Positions 9,601-20,653 of a stretch of DNA of 36,632 nt are shown here, one piece after another. A model generated the notes under the pieces. That model did no database searches. It was not told the DNA's origin and saw only the letters and a program-made list of their open reading frames with translations. Position 1 is the first letter of the stretch. Each line of letters opens with the position of its first letter. Source of the DNA: Octopus bimaculoides (taxonomy: Eukaryota); NCBI RefSeq assembly GCF_001194135.2, contig NC_068981.1, positions 93,977,916-94,014,547 on the forward strand, in the 5' to 3' direction. A program made the translations under genes and the position numbers.

Positions 9601-9668
9601 CTGGTTTGATTCTGGTTAGGAAACCTTGCATCAAATGGAGCAGTTTGAAGCTTTACTTCTTCAGCCAT
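9601..9668 (-). CDS. COX6B: Cytochrome c oxidase subunit 6B, first coding exon (MAEEVKLQTAPFDARFPNQNQTR)
   Basis: ATG at 9668-9666, TAPFDARFPNQNQT motif, AG|gtaagc donor; acceptor at about 9682 implies an upstream UTR exon; spliced CDS is 237 nt, 78 aa. Confidence 0.97.
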
Positions 9669-9756
9669 GTTGACTGGTAAACTATAATTAAAAAGATTAA
9701 AAAACAAGGTAGTTTTGGTGAAGCATTACATGGCGTAACTTAAACAAACAGGAAAC

Positions 9757-10811
9757 AACTTCTATCTCATTCCAGGGTGAAAAACTAGAGGTAGTCGATA
9801 GCTTCCGCTATCTGGGCGACCAAGTTAATAGTGGGGGTGGGTGCGCTGAAAGTGTAGCTGCTAGAATAAGAATAGCCTGGGCAAAGTTTAGAGAGCTCTT
9901 ACCCCTGCTGGCGACAAAGGGACTCTCACTCAGAGTAAAAGGCAGACTGTATGACGCATGCGTACGAACAACCATGCTACATGGCAGTGAAACATGGGCT
10001 GTAACTGCTGAGGACATACGTAAGCTCGCAAGGAATGAAGCCAGTATGCTCCGTTGGATGTGTAATGTCAATGTGAATACCCGTCAGAGNNNNNNNNNNN
10101 NNNNNNNNNNNNNNNNNNNNNNNNNNNNNNNNNNNNNNNNNNNNNNNNNNNNNNNNNNNNNNNNNNNNNNNNNNNNNNNNNNNNNNNNNNNNNNNNNNNN
10201 NNNNNNNNNNNNNNNNNNNNNNNNNNNNNNNNNNNNNNNNNNNNNNNNNNNNNNNNNNNNNNNNNNNNNNNNNNNNNNNNNNNNNNNNNNNNNNNNNNNN
10301 NNNNNNNNNNNNNNNNNNNNNNNNNNNNNNNNNNNNNNNNNNNNNNNNNNNNNNNNNNNNNNNNNNNNNNNNNNNNNNNNNNNNNNNNNNNNNNNNNNNN
10401 NNNNNNNNNNNNNNNNNNNNNNNNNNNNNNNNNNNNNNNNNNNNNNNNNNNNNNNNNNNNNNNNNNNNNNNNNNNNNNNNNNNNNNNNNNNNNNNNNNNN
10501 NNNNNNNNNNNNNNNNNNNNNNNNNNNNNNNNNNNNNNNNNNNNNNNNNNNNNNNNNNNNNNNNNNNNNNNNNNNNNNNNNNNNNNNACACCATTTCGAG
10601 CGTGGCCGTTTTCGTGCGGGTGACACGTAAAAGCACCCACTACACTCTCTGAGTGGTTGGCGTTAGGAAGGGCATCCAGCTGTAGAAACTCTGCCAAATC
10701 AGACTGGAGCCTGGTGTTGCCATCCGGTTTCACCAGTCCTCAGTCAAATCATCCAACCCATGCTAGCATGGAAAGCGGACGTTAAACGATGATGATGATG
10801 ATGATGATGAT
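9757..10811 (+). mobile_element. Young 5'-truncated RTE LINE (RT C-terminus, N-gap, 3' UTR, (GAT)n tail)
   Basis: Uninterrupted LEVVDSFRYLGDQVNSGGG..RIAWAKFRELLPLL..RLYDACVRTTMLHGSETW..RNEASMLRWMC; CpGs retained; tail at 10789-10811. Confidence 0.9.
10090..10587. other. Assembly gap (498 N)
   Basis: Run of N inside the RTE copy. Confidence 1.
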
Positions 10812-10929
10812 GTTGTATAAGGCCAGAACAATGTGAGAAGATACAAAGTAAACTACAAAGAGAAAACAAAGTTGCAGTTTAACCTCTTAAAAGATGTATA
10901 TAGTGTGTCAGCAGAAACAATAAAATATA

Positions 10930-11150
10930 GGCGGCGAGCTGGCTGAAACGTTAGCATGCCAGGCAAAATGCTTAGCGGTATTTCGTCTGCCGTTACATTC
11001 TGAGTTCAAATTCCGCCGAGGTCGAATTTGCCTTTCATCCTTTCGGGGTTGATAAATTAAGTACCAATTACGCACTGGGGTCGATGTAATCGACTTAATC
11101 CCTTTGTCTGTCCTTCTTTGGCCCCTTGTGAGCAATAAAGAAATAAGAAA
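10930..11150 (+). mobile_element. tRNA-derived SINE family B, near full length
   Basis: ggcggcgagctggctgaaacgttagc..gagttcaaattccgccgagg..aataaagaaataag. Confidence 0.85.
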
Positions 11151-11184
11151 CAATAAAATATAGGCACAATGAAGTACAAGTAAA

Positions 11185-11548
11185 ATGTGTGGTTAAGAAG
11201 CTCAGTGTGCAACCACGTTTCAGGTTCAGTTTCGCTGCATAGCACCTTGGGCAAGTATTTTCAACTATAAACCTTGATCAACCAATGTGAGTGAATCTGG
11301 TTGACGGAAACTGTGGAAGTTTACTGTGTGTGTATATACATACATATATGAGTGAGTGTCTGTGTTTGTCCCCACTCCACCACTTGACAGCCAGTGTAAG
11401 CTTGTTAACATCCCTGTAACTTAGCAGTTTGGCAATGGAAACCAATAGAATAAGACCCAGACTTAAGACAAACTAAGTACTGGGACTGATTTGTTCAACT
11501 TAACTCTTCATGGTGGAGCCCCAGTTTGACCATAGTCCAATGACTGAA
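11185..11548 (+). mobile_element. tRNA-derived SINE family A
   Basis: gtgtggttaagaagc..caccttgggcaag..gtaacttagcagtt..ccaatgactgaagcaagta. Confidence 0.75.
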
Positions 11549-11634
11549 GCAAGTACTAATAAAGTAACCAAGTCAATTTAGAAGAAGATACTGAAACATT
11601 AATCCCATCCATGCAACCAAAACAGGTAAGAAAA

Positions 11635-12290
11635 CATTAGAAATGGAAGATTCAAAATGTTAAATTTAAGTTCCATAAAGATGTTATTTCAGATCTTTAT
11701 GGTTTTCATCACTGTTTACAATCATCTTATAGATGTATCGTATAGATGTAATTTTTGATGCTGAACCCGAATTTCTTATTCATTTATTCTAGAAAAATTT
11801 GCAAAAATGTTAAGGTGTTCAAAGTTTGAGAATTTTCAGCCAATCAGAAAACAGCATGTTTGCTGCCTCTTTCATCATCAAGGGCCAGTGGGGGCATTGG
11901 CATGTCAAAATATTAAACTAAAACTTTATAAAATAAATTATCTTTTTCATATCTCTTTCTCCTCCTTGTGCACATGCGCAGCATCTTTGGTTACTATGGA
12001 AACAGTTCTTCGCAATCAGCTATGCAACACATGGTGCTTCTTTGCTTTGGTTACTATGGAAAAAGAAATTTTCACCACAGTGATATGTAAAATACTCGCT
12101 TCTGATTGGCTAAAATACCCAAGTTTTGCATATTTTAAAGGCTAATAACTTTTTAATTGTGGATTTATAGGAAAGAGGAATTTCATTTTCATAAATTAGT
12201 ATACAAAACTTAATTCATATACCAAATTTGAAAACAATTGGAACAAAATTGTAAACAGTGATGAAAACTACAAAGATCCATTATTTCTCT
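11635..12290. repeat. Unclassified element with internal inverted and direct repeats
   Basis: agccaatcagaa (about 11838) vs ttctgattggct (about 12100); ctttggttactatggaaa twice (11985, 12045). Confidence 0.4.
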
Positions 12291-12541
12291 CCAAAAGTGT
12301 TACAATATTCAGAAATGCATGGAAAATTGGATACTAAACCTTCTGTGTTCTTGGGAAATGTTTGATCATGACAACTTATTTTCTCATACATCCCCACAAT
12401 ATACAGGCTTACACAGCAGACCCAAAAGTACCACCAACATAAAAGAGTCACCTGGGGTGAAGTGTCCCCACCTCTAGCTACACTACTACCCAGAGGGTAA
12501 TTAAACCATCACATTTCAATCACTCTTTCATTTACTTAAAC

Positions 12542-13036
12542 CAGTGATTCTCAATCATTTTTCTTTTTGCCTAAGGACCCCTTCAATTCCTATTTTACTC
12601 AGATGGACCCAATGCTTAAAGAATTCTATTACATTTTTATTTTTTACTTGTTTCAGTCATTAGACTGTGGCCATGCTGGGGCACCACCTTGAAGAATTTT
12701 TTAACCGAATGAATCAACCACAGTACTTAATTTTTTGGCTAAACCTGGTAATTATTCTATCGGTCTCTTTTGCCAAACTGCTAAGTTACAGAGACGTAAA
12801 CACACCGACACAGGTTGTCAAGTGGTGGTGGGGGATAGACACAAACACACACACACATGTATATAGCTGGATGCCCTTTCTAACACCAGCTACTTAGCAG
12901 AGTATATATACGACAGGCTTCTTCCAGTTTCCATCTACCAAATCCACTCACAAGGCTTTGTTCAGCCCAAGGATATTTTAACCAAATCTTATATTGGACC
13001 CCCAACGGACACATGGACCCTGGTTGAAAACTACAG
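12542..13036. mobile_element. hAT-type MITE with nested minus-strand SINE A (about 12655-12980)
   Basis: CAGTGATTCTCAA and TTGAAAACTACAG termini; imperfect 8-bp TSD acttaaac/tcttgaac; SINE reverse complement inside. Confidence 0.65.
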
Positions 13037-13269
13037 TCTTGAACAATGACAAGAATGTCATGAAATTGAAATTGCATTAGAAATACAATGTTGGAGGTAC
13101 CCCAATGACCTTAAATAAGCTACAGGATATGGTTTGAATTTAGATAAAGCTATAAATAATAACATGTAAATATTGAGTTAACAGTAAAAATCAAATATTT
13201 CACATTCTTTCAAAGTTTCTAAATTCTTATGACATAACAAACATGTGTATGTGCATGCACGCGCACACA

Positions 13270-14037
13270 TCTAGTGACATTGCTGAGTTTACTTAGCAAG
13301 TAATAAAATGTGTTTTTGTCACATGTATGCTATAGTCTGCAATTTTGTCATGGACAGGTAGTTGGAACAAAGAGCCAATGTGAAATCTTGTGTTAAAATT
13401 GGGAAGTCTGCTACAGAGACATTATGTGTGCTTTGGCAAGCTTATGGCAACGAAACAGCAGTTGTCACAATAGAAGAGCCTTTCATCTCCACGACCGAAG
13501 AAGGCATGACAGAGCCGCAGTTCAATCAAAAGCATGCTCATTTTTATTTTTGACATCTGCAGTATTGTGCATCAAAAATTCATCCTCCAGGGACAGACCA
13601 TCAACTGAAAGTTCTACTGCAACATTTTGAAGCATTTGAGGGAGGACAGTCAGCTAAAGTGACCGGATCTGTGGAACACCAAAAATTGGATTCTTCATGA
13701 CAATAATGCACCCTGCACCCAAGCTCTCTGCACTTGTGCGTTTCTTGCCAAAAATAACATGGTATTACTTCAGCACTCACATTATTTGCCAGATTTAGCA
13801 TCTGCAGACTTCCACTTCTTCCCCAAGATGTCGAAATCCAGAGCGAATCACAGAAGGTCTTCAACTCGCTTACGGAAAACAACTTCCAGCTAAGGTTCCA
13901 GAAGTGGTAGGAACACTGGGACTGGTGTATTGCTATGCAAGGTAGCTATTTCGAAGGAGAGGATGTTAAAACTTAGGTAAATAAGTTATTTTTTATTAAA
14001 CATAACTAATCTGGGAACTTTTTGATACCATCTCGTA
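13270..14037 (+). mobile_element. Mariner (Tc1/mariner) transposon relic, internally deleted
   Basis: EQRANVKSCVKIGKSATETL..QAYGNE N-terminus; HDNAP..HSHYLPDLASADFHFFPKM catalytic motifs; 3' TIR gggaactttttgataccatctcg followed by TA. Confidence 0.85.
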
Positions 14038-14280
14038 CAAAAGATTCTTTAATTTCAATGAGTCAAAACATATAGATCATAGTTCTCAACCATGTTTTGC
14101 CTATAGACCCCTTCTGAACCCTCTTTTACTCCAACTTGACCTCCAGTGCCATTCAATGTATATAAAAAGAAAATCCTGCTGTATTTTTATAATTATATAT
14201 TATTAAAAATTGTATTAAAAAAATTGTTAAAATATTTTGTGCATTGTAGAAGTATAAGCAATTTATTGCATACAAATTTT

Positions 14281-14519
14281 NNNNNNNNNNNNNNNNNNNN
14301 NNNNNNNNNNNNNNNNNNNNNNNNNNNNNNNNNNNNNNNNNNNNNNNNNNNNNNNNNNNNNNNNNNNNNNNNNNNNNNNNNNNNNNNNNNNNNNNNNNNN
14401 NNNNNNNNNNNNNNNNNNNNNNNNNNNNNNNNNNNNNNNNNNNNNNNNNNNNNNNNNNNNNNNNNNNNNNNNNNNNNNNNNNNNNNNNNNNNNNNNNNNN
14501 NNNNNNNNNNNNNNNNNNN
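14281..14519. other. Assembly gap (239 N)
   Basis: Run of N. Confidence 1.
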
Positions 14520-14625
14520 GTACTTATTTTATCAGTCTCTTTTGCCGAACCGCTATGTTACAGGGACATAAACACACCAGCATTGGTTGTCAAGCAATGT
14601 TGGGGGGACAAACCCAGACACACAA

Positions 14626-14658
<33 letters not shown>

Positions 14659-14828
14659 CATATATACGACAGGCTTCTTTCAGTTTCCGTCTACCAAATC
14701 CACTCACAAGGCTTTGGTCGGCCCAAGGCTATAGTAGAAGACACTTGCCCAAGATGCCACGCAGTGGTACTGAACCCGGGACCATGTGGTTGGTAAGCAA
14801 GCTACTTACCACACAGCCACTCCTACGC
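14520..14828 (-). mobile_element. tRNA-derived SINE family A (young)
   Basis: Reverse complement reads gtggctgtgtggtaagtagcttgcttaccaaccacatggtcccgggttcagtaccactgcgtggc..; CpGs retained. Confidence 0.85.
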
Positions 14829-15134
14829 CTACTGGAGAACTTATTAGTAAAGAACTAAGCAAATGAAGAGTTGAACTTTTTACTCTTGGATGATAATGAA
14901 TTAAAAATCATTAAAAATTTATATGGTGATCCACAGAAATCATTACTTGACCTTCCACAGTTTCCAAACAAGTGAGCACACATAATCGTTCATTCCACAT
15001 AATTTGAACAGAAAAATTGAATATGCATCATGTTGCCAGGAAATTTGTGCAGATTTTATTTACTGACAGATGAACAAAATGAAAATGATACCAGTCAATC
15101 AGTAAGGAGCTGTTTGATTATTTGAATTATCTTG

Positions 15135-15277
15135 GCGTTAGGAAGGGCATCCAGCTGTAGAAACTCTGCCAAATTAGATTGGAGCCTGGTGTAGCCATCC
15201 GGTTGCACCAGTCCTCAGTCAAATCGTCCAACCCATGCTAGCATGAAAAGCGGACGTTAAACGATGATGATGATGAT
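15135..15277 (+). mobile_element. Young RTE 3' tail
   Basis: Nearly identical to 10660-10800; (GAT)n end. Confidence 0.85.
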
Positions 15278-15450
15278 TTAACGTTTGTTTTTCCATGCTG
15301 GCATGGGCCATGAGGGGGGAGGCTCCATTGTCTCTTCTGGCATGGTTTCTAAGGTTGAATGCCCTTTCTAAAATCAGTCACCTTGCAGAGTGTACTGGGT
15401 GTTTTTTGTGTGGTACCAACACCAGTGCTTTTTACATGGCACCAGCACCA
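15278..15450 (-). mobile_element. Older RTE/SINE 3' tail, tail-to-tail with the previous copy
   Basis: ttaacgtttgtttttccatgctggcatggg...gctttttacatggcaccagcacca is the reverse complement of the tail consensus. Confidence 0.7.
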
Positions 15451-16176
15451 GTATCAATTCTACCAAAGTGGATGGAAAGTATGACTAAATATGGATGTAC
15501 ATCTAAATGTGAAAGTGATTTGATGTTGAATCATCTTTTTTCAATTGGAAGGGCAGCAACATCATGAGTTTGTTCCACATGGTCAGGTAAACAATGAAAA
15601 GTAATGTTCTGCAATGTAAAGGAATAGACCTAAAGCCTGAACAAACAGAATCTGGACAATGCACCACACTAATGCCCCCACTCACATATCACTCCTTAAC
15701 CGTGATTCATTGGCAAAGCAGAAGACCTTTCTTGTCTTACTAGATCAACCCCTTGCAAACTTTTGTCTTCAAAGTTGAAATCCACCCTGAAAGATTAGGA
15801 GAGGCTAAAAATAATTTGCTAATAGAACTATGCATTAACTCTAAAAATGCATTCCAGAAACATTCCAAAACTGAAAGAAACATTGGGAATGGTCGGGGAA
15901 ACAGGGAAACCAGTCTAATTAAATTATAAGTAAAACAATTGTTAATAAAAGAGTTTAGTTTCATTTCAGGCAAACCCCAAGTACAAACTGCAGAAGCTAT
16001 TTAAAGTTATTACAAACTCTTCTCCTGGGGGTAATTGAAGCTATTGCACTATTAGAAACCTTTCTGAATCTTCAGTAGGTATCTCAGGGTCACAAGCATT
16101 TCACCCCTTTGCTTGAGTGGAGTAGCAAAGATTGAATTAGCCCTCACCAGCAGAAAGATGCCATCTACAGTCTCAT

Positions 16177-16246
16177 CAACCACAACCACCTTGAGATGGT
16201 TTCAGCTGCCATGACTATCTCCTTGGCAGCTTTCATCAGTTGTTTG
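16177..16246 (-). ncRNA. Type I hammerhead ribozyme motif with long stems II and III
   Basis: CAAACAA CTGATGA A AGCTGCCA-12nt-TGGCAGCT GAA ACCATC-tcaa-GGTGGT T GTGGTTG; stem I 5/7 paired. Confidence 0.6.
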
Positions 16247-16679
16247 GTGGAGGTAGCACACCAAACTTGCAGAAAAACTGTGGTAATCAACTTTCACAGG
16301 GAATGAGACGGCATTGTAATCCTTTAATGAGAGCCACATGAACCAAGTCTTGAAGTTTGACTTTCTTCTGTTGGTGAGAAAGGTCGAATCTGTCTCCTCT
16401 GAACATTGTGAGTTTAGCCACAATGATTGTTTATCTGCTCCTGGATAGGACTACATTATCTACACTAAATGTGTCCTTGTCCCTTAAAAGTAGGCAATAA
16501 AACAGAGTGTTGACCCCTTTCATTTACCAATAAATTTAGACAGGTCACTGTAACCAAATAGACTACTGAAAAATGTTCAATAGTGTTGATATAATAGAGT
16601 AATAGTTTCCATGCATTAAATTCACTGACATCTTTATGTCAGCATTCATCATCACAAATGATTTCAAATTTTGACACAA

Positions 16680-16865
16680 GGCTAGTGATTTGGGGAGATG
16701 GGGTAAGTCACTTACATCAACCCCAACTGGTACTTATTTTATCGAACTCGAAAGAATGAAAGGCAAAGGTGACCTCAGCGGAATTTGAACTCAGAATGTA
16801 AAGACAGACAAAATGCTGCTAAGCATTTTACCGAGCATGCTAACAATTCTGCCAGCTCACCACTT
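16680..16865 (-). mobile_element. tRNA-derived SINE family B
   Basis: ggtacttattttatcgaactcgaaag..gaatttgaactcagaatgta..gcatgctaacaattctgccagctcac. Confidence 0.8.
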
Positions 16866-17414
16866 TTAAAATGATTTATAATAATCGAAGCTTAACTGGA
16901 TTTGATTTGCATATGAATCAAGAAAAGCAAATGCAAAATACAATTTTTCAACACTAAATGATAAGATATATTAAAGGAATTAAGATATAAAAAAGAATCA
17001 GCTTGCATGCCTTGTGTTTTCTATAGCATTCTAACATTTACTAAAGCCAATCAGTTTTGCAATGTTTTAACTGTCCTATCTGTTTTCATTTGTTTTTTAA
17101 CACCAGACCTACGATCAAAAGTATATACCAGATACAATCATCATTTTGAGTCAGTTTTTTGCCATGACTATTCTAAATTGTTTTAGATAATGTAACCAAG
17201 ACTACATTTTTCAATGTATCCTTTCCCTTTTAAGACAGCAGGATGTGATTTGAGGAACATTTGGTTGTTATTTCTAACAGGTTAAGGAACTCCACAGAAG
17301 CTCTCTCACTGGCTATTTTCTGTATGACTAGTATTGTTTAGCCTTAGATCAACTCTGCTCAAGCAGACCTGATTAAAGACATTGTAATCAGATTTTGTTT
17401 CCTTCCTATCTGGG

Positions 17415-17735
17415 CACAAGCGTGGTTGTGTGGGAAGAAGTTTGCTTCCCAGCCACATAATTCTGGTTTCAGTCCCACCTTGGGCAAGTGTCTACTATAG
17501 ACCCACGCTGACTAAAACGTGCGTGGATTTGGTAGATGAAGACTGAAAGAACACCACCGTTTAACAATCGTCCTTGCAACGCAGCAGTTCAGCAAAAAGA
17601 GATCGACAGAAAACGTACCAAACATTGAAAAAAAAAGAAGTACTGGGGTCGATTTGTTTAACTAAAACCCTTCAAGGCGATGCCCCAGCATGGCCGCAAT
17701 CTATTGACTGAAACAAGTAAAGAAAGATAAAAGGT
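17415..17735 (+). mobile_element. tRNA-derived SINE family A
   Basis: gcgtggttgtgtgggaagaagtttgcttccc..ggggtcgatttg..cagcatggccgca..gactgaaacaagtaaag. Confidence 0.8.
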
Positions 17736-18643
17736 CTACAGTAGAGAACGTGTCCTTCATATTAAGAAAGTAAGGTATGATTTGAAGATTTGGTTCATAT
17801 ATGATAAGCGACCAAATAAAGGCTTCCTTGTTGATTCACACAACTGCTGTTATTTAACCCCAGATCTATTATGAATCGTACCCTGATCAAAGCATTCCAG
17901 CTATGATTACTTTGAATTTAAGGTTTATACCATGTGATTACTTCTTTAGTTAAGGATATAATTTGAAATTTGGCTGTTATTTCTAGTTCAAATAACTGCG
18001 TTGGACCTGTGCAAATATAAGTTGTAGTGGTGGCAACGGTAGAGCAGTGCAAGGAAACCTTTGTTAGATCATAGGAGTAGCAGCTTTTCTGCATGAATTT
18101 CATTTCATGTGCTGTCTAATAATGTTTGAGGTTACGCTGTTATTTCTAAGTTTGTCTTAAGGAGAAATAGTATACTTAGGACAGTGTTATAATCATTGTT
18201 GTTAGCCCCATATCACCCCTTGTCGAAACAGACCAAGGATCAAAGGCTTTCTATCCATATCATACAATTAATTTACGTTATCTGTATTGTGTCCTTTCTG
18301 TATTAAGAGAATGGGAACCGTGCGTTAAAGCTGGCCGCAGAAACAGGTAGATGGATAAGTAAAGTAGTTTATGTGAAATATAGATATTTTTCAATTTGAT
18401 TTTCAAACTGTTCATCAGCGTTAAATATTGAGAACAATTTAACAAAATCCAACTTCTATAAAGCTTCTTCAATTACATTTACATTTTTTTAAATATATTT
18501 TCACGGCATATGAACTCATTAGTGTCTCCTTTCAAGTTTCTATTATTATCACAACTAGAAATAGATGTTTTTTACCCCCTAATGACACAAAGTGTCCTTG
18601 CATGCCTCTTCATAAAAATGGTTTTTCATACATGAAAACATAC

Positions 18644-18700
18644 CGAAGTTCCTGGCCGTGGCTAATGAATGATGATACTGAAGATTTCTTTTAACAGAGC
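18644..18700 (-). other. Putative non-coding first exon of COX6B (5' boundary unknown)
   Basis: gccacggccaggaacttcg|GTATGT donor at 18643-18638 inside a CpG-retaining block; COX6B ATG exon starts with an acceptor. Confidence 0.35.
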
Positions 18701-20419
18701 TCTAATTATAATTATACTGATTAAATACTTGAAAGTTACTAAAGAAATAATTATCTTCGAAGAGGAGGTTAAAATAAAATTAGACATTGATTAAATCCAT
18801 TATAACACTTAAACGTAATAAATCATGTGTTTACGTGACAAACAGGAATAGATAAAAGAGAGGTGGGTCTTCAAGGTTAGACAAAACAGACAATTTTTTA
18901 GTGCAATTTTGTAACCAATAATTAATAATGAAAGTGAAGATTAGAAATAAAAGTTATCATCGTTTAAAATAAAATAATATGGAATCATAAAAAGACAAGC
19001 GCAACAGAAAAATGTGGAAAAAAATTAATAATCTAAAGGTTGGAGACGTGACTAGGAAGAATGGTGGATTAACTTAATTCCTGATATGATAAACTGCAAT
19101 GAAATTAATTAATAAAAGATAAAATAAATAAAAACTTGAATAAGTAACACAAAAATATTTACTAGTGAGCTATTAAATAAAATTAATTTAGTTTCCTTTA
19201 TATGTGTCCGTCACTATGACCTTGTGGTTTATCAAGCTGGGCTAGACAGGTCACTACAGGTTAATAGTTAAATACTAACGAAAAACAAATGGCAGAGCTA
19301 AAAGGGAATGAAATTATAAAAATAAAAGATCGTTTCTCTATTTATAATAAATAATATTGTTTAATGTAGTTGAGAAAAATATAAATAAACTTACGGAAAT
19401 GTTAAGAAGCTCCGATAGAACAGAAACAAACTTGTTTGGAGAAGGTGGTTTGTGACAGGAAGTAAAGAATTATCCCCCTTAGCAAACCACTCTTTTCTGC
19501 TCTTAGTCTAGAGATGGGGATGTTTTTCCATATTTAGTTACCTCTCTTCTCATTCTATCTTGATTTAGTCTAGCTTTTTAAAATTAGCTTAATCTGTCCA
19601 CAAATTTATCGCCTTGTGCTTCTGTTAAAAATCATTAGTACCTTAATCAGACAAGATAAATAAAACTTGAATTTAAGGGGATAGCGTTCCAGTTGTGATC
19701 ATTCTGCCTTTTTGTATATCAAAGACTCTTCCAGACTTAAGATTTGACTGCTGTTCCCAACTGTCAAATCTCGTGAAGGAGGTTTGACTGTTATTTCTAG
19801 CAAGTCGAGTACGACGTTAAAGTAGTACTCGAGGGAATGGTTTTCAATATTTGCATCATAGCCCCATTCTAGCCATTTTCAAGATGTTCCTTTAGCCATG
19901 TTTTTTCCCAAAACTTTCAGATAACATGCACTGTGTAGTCAGAAAAAATACCCATGGGTCTTTTGCTCATAATGACCTTCTAGATGGATTGCTATTCATG
20001 GCTGAGCTCTGCCCATGCTATTGGCTCATAACTGGGACAGTGAATGAGTAACACCAGGCATACTCATTAGTGGACTTGTATACCTACTCACTGCTACTTT
20101 GAGAGGCCCTACAGTTTAGCTAGAAACCAGTTACTACATGTGGCCATGAGAAGGCTTAAGTTTTGGTAGCAAAAAGGGACTTATGCATTTGGCTCTTCTT
20201 TTCACTTCCACAAAAGAAAGCTGCCTGATGGAAAAAACTAAAAGTAGGATGTAGCACAGAAGAAGTATGTATTAGCAAGCACTACTACCACAATACAATT
20301 GTATAGACACTTTGTATGTATCTGTGTACAAGCCTGCACACACACTATTGTGGATTAAATTTACTTTTTTAATAGTTTTAATAGATCCAACGTTATCAAT
20401 GAAAAGTGAATCCTTATAA

Positions 20420-20653
20420 CCCTTTTGATACCAATCCACCTGAGACTGTTCTTGTTCCTATCATATAAACTTCCTGTGTAAAGTAATTTCAGTAAAAAAA
20501 AAAAAAAAACATCTCAACAAAATTTCATGATAATTTATGTTCCAAAATCCAGTTTAATCATGGCAAAATCATTTTAATAAAATCTCTGTTATTTTCAAAA
20601 TTAAGTGAAATAAAAGCAGTGCATTTCAATAGAAATTTGGTTTAAAAAAAGGG
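20420..20653. mobile_element. piggyBac-type MITE, degenerate
   Basis: CCCTTTTGATACC start and gaaatttggttt..aaaggg end, resembling termini of 5011-5968; TTAA sites mutated. Confidence 0.55.

Larger units (their letters stand above)
14860..15620 (+). mobile_element. Second mariner relic, interrupted by two RTE-tail insertions
   Basis: TEKLNMHHVARKFV..FTD before 15135; FFNWKG..HHEFVPHGQ after 15450. Confidence 0.7.

Noticed and set aside
9640-9665. CTGAAGAAG...CTTCAAAC hammerhead-like string on the minus strand
   Set aside because: It is COX6B coding sequence (AEEVKLQT) and lacks the GAAA core
9974-10733. Long ORFs of 180-221 aa in the ORF track
   Set aside because: Artefacts of translating through the N-gap; the same applies to 14146-14571 and part of 30799-31242
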